The translations under genes were made by a program, and so were the position numbers. The notes under the pieces were generated by a model that was not told the DNA's origin, searched no databases, and was given only the letters and a program-made list of their open reading frames with translations. Positions 49,050 through 59,154 of a DNA stretch of 64,000 nt are shown here, piece by piece. The stretch comes from Burkholderiales bacterium (GTDB taxonomy: Bacteria > Pseudomonadota > Gammaproteobacteria > Burkholderiales > Thiobacillaceae): contig JBBQQT010000001.1 of assembly GCA_038215555.1 (NCBI GenBank), positions 1,843 to 65,842 of the forward strand, read 5' to 3'. The number at the start of each line of letters is the position of its first letter. Position 1 is the stretch's first letter.

Positions 49050-49840
49050 CACCGATCAAGCCGATTCTGTCTTGCGCCAGGCACCAGTTGTTTTGCTTCG
49101 CCTATGTCCTCACGGCTGCCTTTTCTAGCGTCCAAGCGATGAACGTGGCGCACGCCGCCGAATTTCCCGCCACGCTCGATTGGTCGGGGCGCACCACTCT
49201 TACCTTGCCGGTTTCCGGTGTCGTCGATCACGTGTTTGCGCAAGCAGGACAACGGGTTGGCAAGGGTGAAGTGCTTGCCAGCCTCGACGCTACCTTGTTC
49301 AAAGTGGGCGTGGCGGAACAGCGCGCCGATATGGATCGTCTCGTCGAAGAACAAGCCGACGCCAAACGCGACCTGAATCGGGTGCAAGAGTTGTATGCCC
49401 GGACAGTCGCGTCAACCATCGAACTGGATGCCGCCAAGTTGCGCTTCGCCCGCGTCAGTTCCGGCTTGGCCGCCGTGCAGGCACGCGTAGAACGAGCGCG
49501 CCGCCAACTCGCCGAATCGGAACTGCGGGCGCCGTTCGATGCCGTGATTCTGCAACGTCATGCCGAGCCTGGCCTGGTGATTGCCAGCCAATGCCAGCCG
49601 GCGGTCATGTTCACTCTTGCGCGTGCCGACCAACTGATCGCGCGCGCCCAACTCACCCCGGCGCAGGCGCTTGGCTTGCAACTTGGCGGTGAGGCCGAGG
49701 TATTGCTGGAAGGGGGCAGCCTGCAGAGCAAAGTGCAGGCGTTGTCGGTCGATGCCGAGCATCGCTACAGCCTGGAAGTGGCCATTCCACGCACGGCCAA
49801 ATTAATGCCTGGTCAGCCAGCCAGCATCCGTTTGCCTTGA
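49046..49840 (+). CDS. Short HlyD/MFP-family periplasmic adaptor (lipoyl + hairpin + barrel only)
   Basis: VSGVVDHVFAQAGQRVGKGEVLASLD, a coiled-coil hairpin, LRAPFDAVIL, and an ATGA overlap with the tolC-like gene. Confidence 0.7.
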   Translation: MTPIKPILSCARHQLFCFAYVLTAAFSSVQAMNVAHAAEFPATLDWSGRTTLTLPVSGVVDHVFAQAGQRVGKGEVLASLDATLFKVGVAEQRADMDRLVEEQADAKRDLNRVQELYARTVASTIELDAAKLRFARVSSGLAAVQARVERARRQLAESELRAPFDAVILQRHAEPGLVIASQCQPAVMFTLARADQLIARAQLTPAQALGLQLGGEAEVLLEGGSLQSKVQALSVDAEHRYSLEVAIPRTAKLMPGQPASIRLP

Positions 49841-49888
49841 TACAAGCGTTGCGAAACCTGCCAAATTCGGTAACGACCTGCTGGAAGA

Positions 49889-49917
49889 TTGACAGACCAC
49901 CCCCCGCTCCTGATAAT
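49889..49917 (+). promoter_or_regulatory. Sigma-70 promoter TTGACA-N17-GATAAT with a GC-rich discriminator (CCGCGCC)
   Basis: Near-consensus hexamers with 17-nt spacing, ~20 nt upstream of the tRNA 5' end. Confidence 0.6.
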
Positions 49918-49937
49918 CCGCGCCTCATTTTCGCCGT

Positions 49938-50014
49938 GGTGATGTAGCTCAGACGGTTAGAGCGGTGGATTCATAACCCACAGGTCGGCGGTTCGATTCC
50001 GCCCATCACCACCA
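49938..50014 (+). tRNA. tRNA with CAT anticodon (elongator Met, or Ile2 if lysidine-modified); CCA is encoded
   Basis: Hand-folded cloverleaf: acceptor GGTGATG/CATCACC, D arm GCTC/GAGC, anticodon loop TTCATAA, T arm GGCGG-TTCGATT-CCGCC. G1-C72 is paired, so it is not an initiator. There is one A31-C39 mismatch. Confidence 0.8.
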
Positions 50015-50034
50015 TACCCCTTTCCTATTCCAGC

Positions 50035-51387
50035 ATGCCCCGCAAAGTATTCATCCGCACCTTTGGTTGCCAGATGAACGAGTACGACTCTGACAAAATG
50101 GCAGACGTACTGGCGTTGTCGGGCGATGACGGCGAAGGCTATGAGCAGACTGACAAGGTGGAAGAGGCCGATGTCATTCTGTTCAATACCTGTTCCGTGC
50201 GTGAAAAAGCCCAGGAAAAAGTGTTCACCGACCTGGGCATGGTGCGGCATCTGAAGCAGAAGAATCCCGATCTGATCATTGGGGTCGGCGGTTGCGTCGC
50301 CAGCCAGGAAGGCGCGGCCATCGTTCAGCGCGCGCCTTACGTCGATATCGTTTTTGGGCCGCAGACATTGCATCGCTTGCCGCAGATGATGGAAAAGCGG
50401 CGCGCTTCCGGCCGCCCCCAGGTCGATATCTCGTTTCCGGAAATCGAAAAATTCGATCACCTGCCGCCGGCGCGGGTTGAGGGCGCCACGGCTTTTGTAT
50501 CGATCATGGAAGGCTGCAGCAAGTACTGCACTTTCTGCGTTGTGCCTTACACGCGTGGCGAGGAAGTCTCGCGGCCCCTGGATGATGTACTCACCGAAGT
50601 GGCCGGTCTGGCGGCGCAGGGCGTGAAAGAAGTCTCTTTGCTTGGCCAGAATGTGAATGCCTATCGCGGCGCCATGGCGGATGGGGAAATCGCTGATTTC
50701 GCACTCCTGCTGGAACTGGTGTCGGAAATTCCCGGTATCGAGCGCATGCGTTACACCACCTCGCATCCACGCGAGTTCACCCAGCGTTTGATCGACGTGC
50801 ATGCCCGCTTGCCGAAGCTGGTGTCGCATCTGCATTTGCCGGTGCAGTCCGGTTCCGACCGGGTGCTGGCGGCGATGAAGCGGGGTTATTCGGCGCTGGA
50901 ATACAAATCCATCGTGCGCAAACTGAAAGCGGCGAAGCCGGATATCTGTCTGGCGAGCGATTTCATTGTCGGTTTCCCGGGCGAGACGGAAGAGGATTTC
51001 GAGGCCACGATGAAGTTGATCGACGATGTTGGCTTCGATTTCTCGTTCAGCTTTATCTACAGCGCGCGCCCCGGTACGCCGGCAGCCAGCATGGTTGACG
51101 ATACGCCGCAGGAATTGAAGCTACAGCGTTTGTATCGCCTGCAAGCACGGCTTAACGAACTAGGCGGGGCGATCAGCGCCGGCATGGTGGGCAGCATGCA
51201 GAAAGTGCTGGTCGAGAAGCCGTCCAAGAAAGATGCCAATGAACTGGCCGGCCGCACCGACAATAATCGCATCGTCAACTTTGCCGGGTCGGCGCGCTTG
51301 ATTGGCCAGATGGTGGATGTCCGCATCACGCAGGCCATGCCGCACAGTCTGCGCGGTGAGGTCGTCATCTACCCGGATATTGCATAA
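50035..51387 (+). CDS. miaB: tRNA-2-methylthio-N6-dimethylallyladenosine synthase
   Basis: [14 protein letters not shown], radical-SAM [11 protein letters not shown], and a TRAM C-terminus. Confidence 0.95.
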   Translation: MPRKVFIRTFGCQMNEYDSDKMADVLALSGDDGEGYEQTDKVEEADVILFNTCSVREKAQEKVFTDLGMVRHLKQKNPDLIIGVGGCVASQEGAAIVQRAPYVDIVFGPQTLHRLPQMMEKRRASGRPQVDISFPEIEKFDHLPPARVEGATAFVSIMEGCSKYCTFCVVPYTRGEEVSRPLDDVLTEVAGLAAQGVKEVSLLGQNVNAYRGAMADGEIADFALLLELVSEIPGIERMRYTTSHPREFTQRLIDVHARLPKLVSHLHLPVQSGSDRVLAAMKRGYSALEYKSIVRKLKAAKPDICLASDFIVGFPGETEEDFEATMKLIDDVGFDFSFSFIYSARPGTPAASMVDDTPQELKLQRLYRLQARLNELGGAISAGMVGSMQKVLVEKPSKKDANELAGRTDNNRIVNFAGSARLIGQMVDVRITQAMPHSLRGEVVIYPDIA

Positions 51388-51542
51388 ATGCTCGCGCGCC
51401 CTCGCTGGTCCCTTGTCCGCACTGGAAAGTTTCCCTCAGTCGTGCGTATGAATAACTACGCCGCTCCTTCGCGAAATTCCCATTGCAAACAAGGTCCGGC
51501 GCGATCATCACGCGAATTTATGAAATATCCGGGCTAAGCCTG

Positions 51543-52487
51543 ATGGAACTGGTCTCTTTCGTCCCCGTCGATAACGCCCGTCTGGCCAATTTGTGTGGCG
51601 TGCTGGACGAAAACCTGCGCCAGATTGAAACCGCCCTGAATGTGACGATCGCGCGGCGCGGCGAAGTGTTTCAGGTTGATGGCGAGAAAGCCCGGCAGGC
51701 AGTCAAACTGTTGCAGGATTTCTACCAGCGTGCGCGCAATCCGCTCGATATCGACGAGGTTCAGCTGGCGTTGGTTGAATCCGAGCACAAGTCCGCGCTG
51801 GCGAGTCAGGAAAGCGAAATTCCGGTTCTGATGACCCGGCGAGCCGGCTTGCATGGCCGCACCGAGCGGCAGAACCAATATATCCGCCAGATGCAGGAAT
51901 TCGATATCACCTTCGGCATCGGCCCAGCCGGCACCGGCAAGACTTATCTCGCGGTGGCCGGCGCAGTGGATGCGCTGGAACGCGATCTGGTCAAGCGCAT
52001 CGTCCTGGTGCGGCCAGCGGTGGAAGCCGGCGAGCGGCTGGGTTTTCTGCCCGGGGATATGGTGCAGAAGGTCGATCCGTATTTGCGTCCTCTATATGAC
52101 GCGTTGTATGACCTGATGGGTTTCGACAAGGTGACGCGCGCCTTCGAGCGGCAGATCATTGAGATCGCGCCGCTGGCGTTCATGCGCGGCCGCACGCTGA
52201 ATCATGCGTTCATCATCCTGGATGAAGCGCAGAACACGACGCCGGAGCAGATGAAAATGTTCCTCACCCGGATTGGTTTCGGTTCTCGCGCGGTGGTCAC
52301 CGGCGATGTGACCCAGATCGATCTGCAACGTGGCCAGAAATGCGGCCTGATCGAAGCGCGCGAGGTGTTGAAGGAAGTGCGCGGCCTCGCCTTCACCGAA
52401 TTTAGGAATGACGATGTCGTGCGGCATCCGCTGGTCGCCCGCATCGTCGATGCTTATGACGCGTTCTATGTCCGATCCAAAGCTTGA
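51543..52487 (+). CDS. ybeZ: PhoH-family ATPase (YbeZ)
   Basis: GPAGTGKTYLAV, ILDEAQNTT, VVTGDVTQIDL. Confidence 0.9.
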   Translation: MELVSFVPVDNARLANLCGVLDENLRQIETALNVTIARRGEVFQVDGEKARQAVKLLQDFYQRARNPLDIDEVQLALVESEHKSALASQESEIPVLMTRRAGLHGRTERQNQYIRQMQEFDITFGIGPAGTGKTYLAVAGAVDALERDLVKRIVLVRPAVEAGERLGFLPGDMVQKVDPYLRPLYDALYDLMGFDKVTRAFERQIIEIAPLAFMRGRTLNHAFIILDEAQNTTPEQMKMFLTRIGFGSRAVVTGDVTQIDLQRGQKCGLIEAREVLKEVRGLAFTEFRNDDVVRHPLVARIVDAYDAFYVRSKA

Positions 52488-52926
52488 CCTGAATCTTCAG
52501 TTCGCGGTCAAGAAGTCCAAACGTCCGCCCCGGTCGAAATTTCGACGCTGGGCGAAAGCCGCGCTGATGCGGGATGCCGAGCTGGCATTGCGCGTTGTCG
52601 ATGAGGCGGAAGGCCGCACGCTCAACCGCGACTATCGCGGCAAGGATTACGCCACCAACGTGCTGACCTTCGCTTATGGTGCCGCAGGCGAGATGGGTCG
52701 GTTGTCCGGCGACATCGTGATCTGCGCGCCGGTGGCGGCGCGCGAGGCGGCGGAGCAGGGCATCACGCTGGAAGCCCATTTCGCACATCTGACGGTGCAT
52801 GGCATGTTGCATTTGCAAGGCTATGATCATGAGACGGATGCGGAAGCCGGAACCATGGAATCAATTGAAAGCTTTATCATGCGGCGACTGGGGTATTCCG
52901 ACCCTTATGACGCCCCGCAGCAGTAA
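52468..52926 (+). CDS. ybeY: rRNA maturation endoribonuclease YbeY
   Basis: HLTVHGMLHLQGYDH zinc motif. The gene overlaps the ybeZ end. Confidence 0.9.
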   Translation: MSDPKLDLNLQFAVKKSKRPPRSKFRRWAKAALMRDAELALRVVDEAEGRTLNRDYRGKDYATNVLTFAYGAAGEMGRLSGDIVICAPVAAREAAEQGITLEAHFAHLTVHGMLHLQGYDHETDAEAGTMESIESFIMRRLGYSDPYDAPQQ

Positions 52927-52938
52927 ACGACTAAACCA

Positions 52939-53802
52939 ATGGACGATAGCCACTTACCCCGACCCAGTTTCCTCGAACGTCTGACTTCCTGGCTCTCACG
53001 CGAGCCGGACAACCGCGAGGAGTTGCTCGAACTCCTGCACGCGGCTTACGAAAACAACCTGCTCGATGCCGATGCGCTGGCGATGATCGAGGGCGTCATG
53101 CAGGTGTCGGAAATGCAGGTGCGCGATATCATGATTCCGCGCGCGCAGATGGTTGTGGTGGACATCAACGAACCGCGCGAAGTCCTTTTGCCCTACGTGA
53201 TCGAAACGGCGCACTCGCGTTTTCCGGCCGTCGACGGCGAGCGTGACAACGTGATCGGCATCCTGTTGGCGAAGGATCTGCTGCGCATGTTCAGCGAGGA
53301 AGACCTCAATCTGCGCGATCAGTTGCGGCCGGCCATCTTCATCCCGGAATCGAAGCGGCTCAACGTGCTGTTGAAGGAATTCCGGGCGTCCCGCAATCAC
53401 ATCGCCATTGTTGTCGATGAATATGGTGGCGTCGCCGGCCTGGTGACCATCGAGGACGTGCTGGAGCAAATCGTCGGCGACATCGAGGATGAATACGATT
53501 ACGACGAGGATGAAGACAATATCCTGACCGAAGATGGCGATGACGAACATGGCGTTGCCTGGCGGGTCAAGGCGCAGACCGAGATTGGCGATCTTAACCA
53601 GGCACTGGGCGCCAGCTTCGCCGATGATGAGTTCGATACCGTGGGCGGTCTGGTGACGCATGCCTTCGGACGCGTGCCGAAACGCGGCGATAGTATCGAA
53701 ATCGGCGCATTTCGCTTTCAAGTATTGCGCGCCGACAGTCGCCGCCTGCACACCTTGCACGTTGAGAGACTGCAACAAGCCAGTCTGCTCAACCTGACTT
53801 GA
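52939..53802 (+). CDS. corC: CorC/HlyC-family Mg/Co efflux-associated protein (CBS pair + CorC_HlyC)
   Basis: VRDIMIPR, HIAIVVDEYGGVAGLVTIEDVLEQIVG. Confidence 0.9.
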   Translation: MDDSHLPRPSFLERLTSWLSREPDNREELLELLHAAYENNLLDADALAMIEGVMQVSEMQVRDIMIPRAQMVVVDINEPREVLLPYVIETAHSRFPAVDGERDNVIGILLAKDLLRMFSEEDLNLRDQLRPAIFIPESKRLNVLLKEFRASRNHIAIVVDEYGGVAGLVTIEDVLEQIVGDIEDEYDYDEDEDNILTEDGDDEHGVAWRVKAQTEIGDLNQALGASFADDEFDTVGGLVTHAFGRVPKRGDSIEIGAFRFQVLRADSRRLHTLHVERLQQASLLNLT

Positions 53803-53891
53803 GCGAGCGCATCAAGACCCCTTCCGATTCAGGCTTGAATTCCTCGCTTGCGGGCGCATTTGCCGGAAGCACACTTTTACTAGGATGACCG

Positions 53892-54917
53892 ATGACGACC
53901 TGGACCGAATTCCTGACTAGCCAGGGGGCCGCGTTTGCCGATGCCACTGTGGTTGATTTTGGTGACGCCAAGGCTGAACTTGCCGCAGCGGCTGCGAAAA
54001 CGGTGATTGCCGATCTGTCCCAGTTTGGCTTGATCGGTTTGGCCGGAGAAGAGGCGCAAACCTTTCTGCATGGCCAGATCACCAACGATCTGCGCGGCTT
54101 GACCGATCAGGCCGCGGTGTTTGCCGGTTATCTCTCCGCCAAGGGGCGCATGCTGGCGAATTTCCTGGTAATGAAACGGGGTGACGATGTCCTGGTTATG
54201 TTGCCCACTTCGTTGCGTGAACCGATCCAGAAACGTTTGTCGATGTTCATTCTGCGCAGCAAGGTGAAAGCGCGCGATGCCAGCGCGGAATGGGTGCGCC
54301 TCGGGGTGAATGGCCCCAACGCCAGCCAGGCGCTGACTGACACCCTGGGCTACGAACTGCCTGGCGGCCTGATGGGCATGGCGCAGGGTGACCAGACATT
54401 CGTTCTGCGCTTGGGCGACCAACGTTTTGATGTTTTTGTGCAGCCCGAAGTGGCGCCGGCAATCTGGCAAAAACTGTCTTCTCAGTGCCGGCCGGTTGGC
54501 GCGCCAGCCTGGGATTGGCTGATGGTGCAAAGCGGAGTGCCGATGGTGTTGCCGCAAACGCAGGATCATTTCGTGCCGCAGATGGCGAATATGGAATTGC
54601 TTGGCGGCGTCAGCTTCAACAAGGGCTGCTACCCCGGCCAGGAAATCGTCGCGCGCAGTCAGTATCTGGGCAAGGTAAAACGGCGTCTCTTTTTGGCGCA
54701 TATCGATGCCGCCGCTGCCGCCGGTGACGAGTTGTTCAGCAGCGAACTGCAGGATCAGGCCGCTGGCCATATCGCCAACGCTGCACCCGCGCCGAACGGC
54801 GGTTTCGACGTTCTGGCGGTGGTGCACAACAGTTGCGTCGAAGCGGGCGATGTCCACTTGAAAGCGCGCGATGGTGCACCGCTGTTGTTTCGGCCATTGC
54901 CCTATCCGGTGGCCTGA
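53892..54917 (+). CDS. ygfZ: Folate-binding Fe-S cluster repair / tRNA modification protein YgfZ
   Basis: GcvT-like fold and the K-GCYPGQE motif (NKGCYPGQEIVAR). Confidence 0.85.
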   Translation: MTTWTEFLTSQGAAFADATVVDFGDAKAELAAAAAKTVIADLSQFGLIGLAGEEAQTFLHGQITNDLRGLTDQAAVFAGYLSAKGRMLANFLVMKRGDDVLVMLPTSLREPIQKRLSMFILRSKVKARDASAEWVRLGVNGPNASQALTDTLGYELPGGLMGMAQGDQTFVLRLGDQRFDVFVQPEVAPAIWQKLSSQCRPVGAPAWDWLMVQSGVPMVLPQTQDHFVPQMANMELLGGVSFNKGCYPGQEIVARSQYLGKVKRRLFLAHIDAAAAAGDELFSSELQDQAAGHIANAAPAPNGGFDVLAVVHNSCVEAGDVHLKARDGAPLLFRPLPYPVA

Positions 54918-54918
54918 T

Positions 54919-55215
54919 TTGCATAGTTATTTCGTCTGGTATCGGGTCACTCAGGCGGATTCCGATACTGAAACCGCCATCCGCAGCATGATCTCCCGCC
55001 TGGCCTGCCGCTCAGGCGTCAGCGGCCGCTTGCTGAAAAAACGCGATGAACCCCGGTTGTGGATGGAGACTTATGCCGACGTCGCCGATCTGGCGCGTTT
55101 CGAGCATCTGTTGCGGCAAGCGGTGGATGAATATGACGTCGAAATGTTCATCGACGGCAATCGTTGTACCGAATGCTTCCTGGCTGCTGAACCGGTTGCC
55201 GCCGCCTGCGCCTGA
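54919..55215 (+). CDS. DUF4936-family small protein (TTG start assumed)
   Basis: HSYFVWYRV...GRLLKKRDEPRLWMETY pattern. The gene starts directly after the ygfZ stop. Confidence 0.55.
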   Translation: MHSYFVWYRVTQADSDTETAIRSMISRLACRSGVSGRLLKKRDEPRLWMETYADVADLARFEHLLRQAVDEYDVEMFIDGNRCTECFLAAEPVAAACA

Positions 55216-55238
55216 GATAGTCAAGCTCAGGGCCAAGC

Positions 55239-55991
55239 TCAGCCAACCAGGCTGCAGACTTCGCAGCCGGGGTCTTTCTTCAGTCGCAAGGTGCGCCAAT
55301 CGGCGCTCAATGCTTCATGCAACAACAGCCGGCCGGACAGGCTTTCACCACTTCCGATCAGCAGTTTCAGCGCTTCCACTGCCTGAATTGAACCCACTAC
55401 ACCCACCAAGGGCGAAAATACACCGAATTCGGCGCAGCGCATTTCTGCATCCTGTGCGTGTTCCGGGAACAGGCAGGCGTAGCAGGGTGCGGTCTCGTCG
55501 CGCAGGTCGAATACGGTGATCTGCCCATCAAAGCGCACGGCCGCGCCGGACACCAATGGCTTGCGGTGACGCACGCAGGCGCGGTTGATGGCGTGCCGGG
55601 TGGGAAAGTTGTCGCTGCAGTCGAGAACCACATCCGCCTGGGCAACCGCGGCATCCAACGTCTCGCCTTGCAGGCGCAGTTGCAGGGCGCTGATCTGGAT
55701 ATCCGGATTCATCTCGTGCATGCGCCGGGCCGCCGATTCCGCCTTGTTGACGCCGAGACTGTGCATGTCGTGGGCGATCTGGCGTTGAAGGTTGGTCAGT
55801 TCAACCGTGTCATCGTCCGCCAGCGTGATGCGGCCGACGCCGGCCGCTGCCAGATACAGCGCCACCGGGCTGCCGAGTCCGCCGGCACCGATGATCAGCG
55901 CATGTGCGGCAAGCAGTTTTTCCTGTCCGGCGATGCCGATCTGGTCGAGCAGGATGTGGCGCGAATAGCGCAGGAGTTGATCGTCGTTCAT
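55239..55991 (-). CDS. moeB: Molybdopterin-synthase adenylyltransferase (ThiF/MoeB family)
   Basis: RYSRHILL, IIGAGGLGSP, and the CxxC pairs (PCYACL..., GCEVC). Confidence 0.85.
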   Translation of the reverse strand: MNDDQLLRYSRHILLDQIGIAGQEKLLAAHALIIGAGGLGSPVALYLAAAGVGRITLADDDTVELTNLQRQIAHDMHSLGVNKAESAARRMHEMNPDIQISALQLRLQGETLDAAVAQADVVLDCSDNFPTRHAINRACVRHRKPLVSGAAVRFDGQITVFDLRDETAPCYACLFPEHAQDAEMRCAEFGVFSPLVGVVGSIQAVEALKLLIGSGESLSGRLLLHEALSADWRTLRLKKDPGCEVCSLVG

Positions 55992-56013
55992 TGCAGGGGA
56001 TGCCGGGCGCGAG

Positions 56014-56409
56014 TTACTTGTAGCGCCGCCATTCCGCCGGTGTTTCGTCGTGATCGCCATGCGGCCGCTTGGTCCAGGCTTCGATATGCGCCGGGTAGTT
56101 TTTCGTGCGCGGCGCCGGTTTGCCAAGGTTTTCGCGTTGTACCCGTTCGCAGTAATACGCCAGATTGCGTTTGATCCGGATCAGCAGGCTGCCTTCGAGA
56201 TGCAGGCCTTGCGCCCAGAGCAACGTTTCGATGTCCTCCAGGCAGTGATCGGCAATGCAATATTCGATTTGCAGGCTGAGCGGGCCAAGCGCGCTGGTTT
56301 TGAGGCCGGGTAACTGTCCCAGCAGGTCCAGTGCGGGCTGAATCTGGCCCGGCGGCAGCGGGTGGAAGATGATTTCACGACGCTTTTGAATGTCGCAAGC
56401 GGCCGACAT
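56014..56409 (-). CDS. Hypothetical protein
   Basis: 131-aa ORF packed tightly between the ctpA-like gene and moeB. No recognisable family. Confidence 0.4.
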   Translation of the reverse strand: MSAACDIQKRREIIFHPLPPGQIQPALDLLGQLPGLKTSALGPLSLQIEYCIADHCLEDIETLLWAQGLHLEGSLLIRIKRNLAYYCERVQRENLGKPAPRTKNYPAHIEAWTKRPHGDHDETPAEWRRYK

Positions 56410-56419
56410 TCCGCGGCTC

Positions 56420-57850
56420 CTAGTCTTTCCGGCTTTGCAACAGAGACAAACCTTTGAGCAAGGTCAGCGCCTGATTGAATTGGTAGTCGTTCTTGCTGAC
56501 GATCTCGCCCGGCTCAAGCTTGGGTTTGCCATGTGGCTTGTCGGTGGCGGGCTTGGCGTCTTTCGCCTTCTCGTCTTTCACCTTCTCGTCTTTTGGCTTG
56601 GTTTCCGTCTTGCTCAAGGCTTCCTGGTCGTTGCTCAAGTGCTTGTCGAGATCGGCCTCGCGGACTTCCATCTTGGGTTCTTCATTACTCGAAATGGTGG
56701 CATCTTCGATAATGATGTCCGGCGTAATGCCCTTGGCTTGAATGCTACGGCCGTTCGGGGTGAAGTAACGCGCGGTGGTGAGCTTGATGGCAGTGCCATT
56801 GTTGAGCGGCAGGATGGTTTGCACCGAGCCTTTGCCGAAGGTCTGCGTGCCGAGAAGCACGGCGCGCTTGTGATCCTGCAATGCGCCCGCCACGATTTCA
56901 GATGCCGAGGCGGAGCCGCCATTGACCAACACAACCATGGGCACCTTTTTGGTCCACGCCGGCAGGTTTTTCAGATAGTCGCTTTCACCAGGACGCAAGT
57001 AGTTTTCGCGCGAGTTGGTCAGACGCATTTTGGCGTCCTCCGTGCGGCCATCGGTGTAGACCACCAGATCGTTGGGTTTCAGGAAGGCGCCGGACACTGC
57101 GACGGCCGTGTTGAGCAGACCGCCCGGGTCGTTGCGCAAATCGAGCACCAAACCGCTCAGCGCTTCGCCCTTGTTCTGGGTTTGCAGGTCTTTCAATGCG
57201 CTGACCAGGTTTTCGCCGGAATGCTCCTGGAATTGGGTGATACGCACATAGCCGAAATTGGGCTCAGCCAATTTGTATTTGACGCTCTTGATCTTGATCA
57301 CAGCGCGAGTCAGCGTCAGCGTCAGCGGCTTGCCTTCGCCTTTGCGCACTATGGTCAGCACGATGTCGGTGCCCGGCTTGCCGCGCATCTTCTTGACCGC
57401 ATCGTTCAAGGTCATGCCCTTGACCGGGGTGTCATCCAGCTTGATCACCAGATCGCCACTTTTTACGCCCGCCTTGAATGCCGGGGTGTCTTCGATGGGG
57501 GAGACCACCTTGACGAAGCCATCTTCCATGCCGACTTCAATGCCGAGGCCGCCGAATTCACCCTGGGTGCCAACCTGGAGTTCCTTGAAGGCTTCGTCAT
57601 CCAGATAAGAGGAATGAGGGTCGAGCCCGGTCAACATGCCGTTGATGGCTTCGGTGATCAGTTTCTTGTCTTCCACCGGCTCGACATAGTCGCTCTTGAT
57701 CTTGCCGAAGATTTCACTGAACGCGCGCAGATCTTCGATCGGCAAGGCTTCCGGTTCGCGGTCGGCGATGGCCGGATAGTTGAGTGTCAGCGCGGCGCCG
57801 AAAACGATGCCGATGCCGATCAGACTGAATTGTTTAAGCTTGCCTGACAT
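56420..57850 (-). CDS. ctpA: Carboxy-terminal processing protease (S41 family, PDZ-containing)
   Basis: GLDPHSSYL, GIEVG...PAFKAGVKSGD (PDZ), LVNGGSASASEI, TFGKGSVQ. Confidence 0.9.
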   Translation of the reverse strand: MSGKLKQFSLIGIGIVFGAALTLNYPAIADREPEALPIEDLRAFSEIFGKIKSDYVEPVEDKKLITEAINGMLTGLDPHSSYLDDEAFKELQVGTQGEFGGLGIEVGMEDGFVKVVSPIEDTPAFKAGVKSGDLVIKLDDTPVKGMTLNDAVKKMRGKPGTDIVLTIVRKGEGKPLTLTLTRAVIKIKSVKYKLAEPNFGYVRITQFQEHSGENLVSALKDLQTQNKGEALSGLVLDLRNDPGGLLNTAVAVSGAFLKPNDLVVYTDGRTEDAKMRLTNSRENYLRPGESDYLKNLPAWTKKVPMVVLVNGGSASASEIVAGALQDHKRAVLLGTQTFGKGSVQTILPLNNGTAIKLTTARYFTPNGRSIQAKGITPDIIIEDATISSNEEPKMEVREADLDKHLSNDQEALSKTETKPKDEKVKDEKAKDAKPATDKPHGKPKLEPGEIVSKNDYQFNQALTLLKGLSLLQSRKD

Positions 57851-57943
57851 GGTGCCTCTTGATCTTGATTGAGCGAACGGGGTTCTGACTACGAATAACT
57901 AAAAGAATTTCAGCATCTAAATGAATTGTCTCAGGCTCGCGAT

Positions 57944-59149
57944 TCATTTGACCCAGGATAACGGGTCGAATGGCTTGCCCTGGCGTCGCAATTCAAAATA
58001 AAGCCCGGGTTCATCCTGACCGCCGGTGGCGCCTACCGTGGCCACCACGTCGCCCGCACGGACAGGGTCTCCGGGCTGCTTATACAAGCTTTCATTATTG
58101 CTGTACAGGCTGAGATAGCCGTTGCCATGGTCGATGATCAGCAAGTTGCCAAAACCGCGCAGCCAATCCGCAAATGCCACTTCGCCGCTGGCGACCGAGC
58201 GGACTTCATTGCCTTGCCGGGCTCGAATAAAGAGTCCTTTCCAGGCGGGGCCGCCGCCTTCTCGGCTTTGACCGAATTTGCTGATGATTTCACCTGCTAC
58301 CGGCAGCGCAAGTTTGCCCTTCAAGCGCGCAAAACTTAATCCTGCGACGCTGGCATCGGCAATTTTGGTGACGACTTCGCCGGGTTTGAGCGTGGGCTTC
58401 GGCTGGGGTTTGGGTTTTGCCGGTTTGGCGGCTGCCGCTGCCGCCAGGCGGGCGAGTTTTTCGATCAGTTGGGTCAAGCGTTTTTCATCGCGCACCAGGG
58501 TATCGATCTGTTTCCGCTGCTGGCGTATCTGCGCTGAAAGTTTGTACAGCACTTGCTGTCGCGAGCCCTTTTCAATTTCCAGATTTTTCTTCTGCGTGAC
58601 ACGTTCCTGCTTGACCTTGAGCAGGTCGCTGTTCTGATCGCGGGTTTTTTCCTGCAACGTCTGCAGGTTTTGCAACGAGTCGCGGTGCTGGCGGATGAGA
58701 TCAGCGCGGGCGCGGCCGATGTAGCTGTAATACTCGAGATTGCGCGCCACTTCACCCGGGTTTTCGCCATTCAGCATCAGCTTCAAGGCATCGCCGCCGC
58801 CTTGGTGATGGTGCTTGCGCAGCAGTTCGGCGAGACGCGTTTGCTGATCGGCAATTTCGGCTTCGGTGGTTTGGGTATCGGCGGCTAATTGCTGCAGCGT
58901 GCGTGACAGTTTGCGCTGGCGTAAATCCAGTTCGCGCAAACCACGATTGACGTCGGAAATCCTGCGCTCAGAGTGTTTCAGCGCGTCGGTGACTTCGGAC
59001 TTGTCTTCGTTGGTTTGCTCCAGTTCTTCTTGCAGCGCTTTGATGCGTGAGCGCAGATCATTCAATTCTTCTTTTTTGCCGGTATCCGGTGCCGCTTGAA
59101 CCGAAAACGTCAGGCAAAACAGACCCAGCAGGACAGCAAGAATGCGCAC
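57944..59149 (-). CDS. envC: Murein hydrolase activator EnvC (coiled coil + M23/LytM domain)
   Basis: Long Q/E/L/R-rich coiled coil, then the C-terminal IDHGNGYLSLYSN...GATGG. Confidence 0.85.
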   Translation of the reverse strand: MRILAVLLGLFCLTFSVQAAPDTGKKEELNDLRSRIKALQEELEQTNEDKSEVTDALKHSERRISDVNRGLRELDLRQRKLSRTLQQLAADTQTTEAEIADQQTRLAELLRKHHHQGGGDALKLMLNGENPGEVARNLEYYSYIGRARADLIRQHRDSLQNLQTLQEKTRDQNSDLLKVKQERVTQKKNLEIEKGSRQQVLYKLSAQIRQQRKQIDTLVRDEKRLTQLIEKLARLAAAAAAKPAKPKPQPKPTLKPGEVVTKIADASVAGLSFARLKGKLALPVAGEIISKFGQSREGGGPAWKGLFIRARQGNEVRSVASGEVAFADWLRGFGNLLIIDHGNGYLSLYSNNESLYKQPGDPVRAGDVVATVGATGGQDEPGLYFELRRQGKPFDPLSWVK

Positions 59150-59154
59150 AGCGA

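Noticed and set aside
49957-50835. A 292-aa minus-strand ORF overlapping the tRNA and miaB.
   Set aside because: It is antisense to a clear miaB gene and to a tRNA, and it has no motifs.
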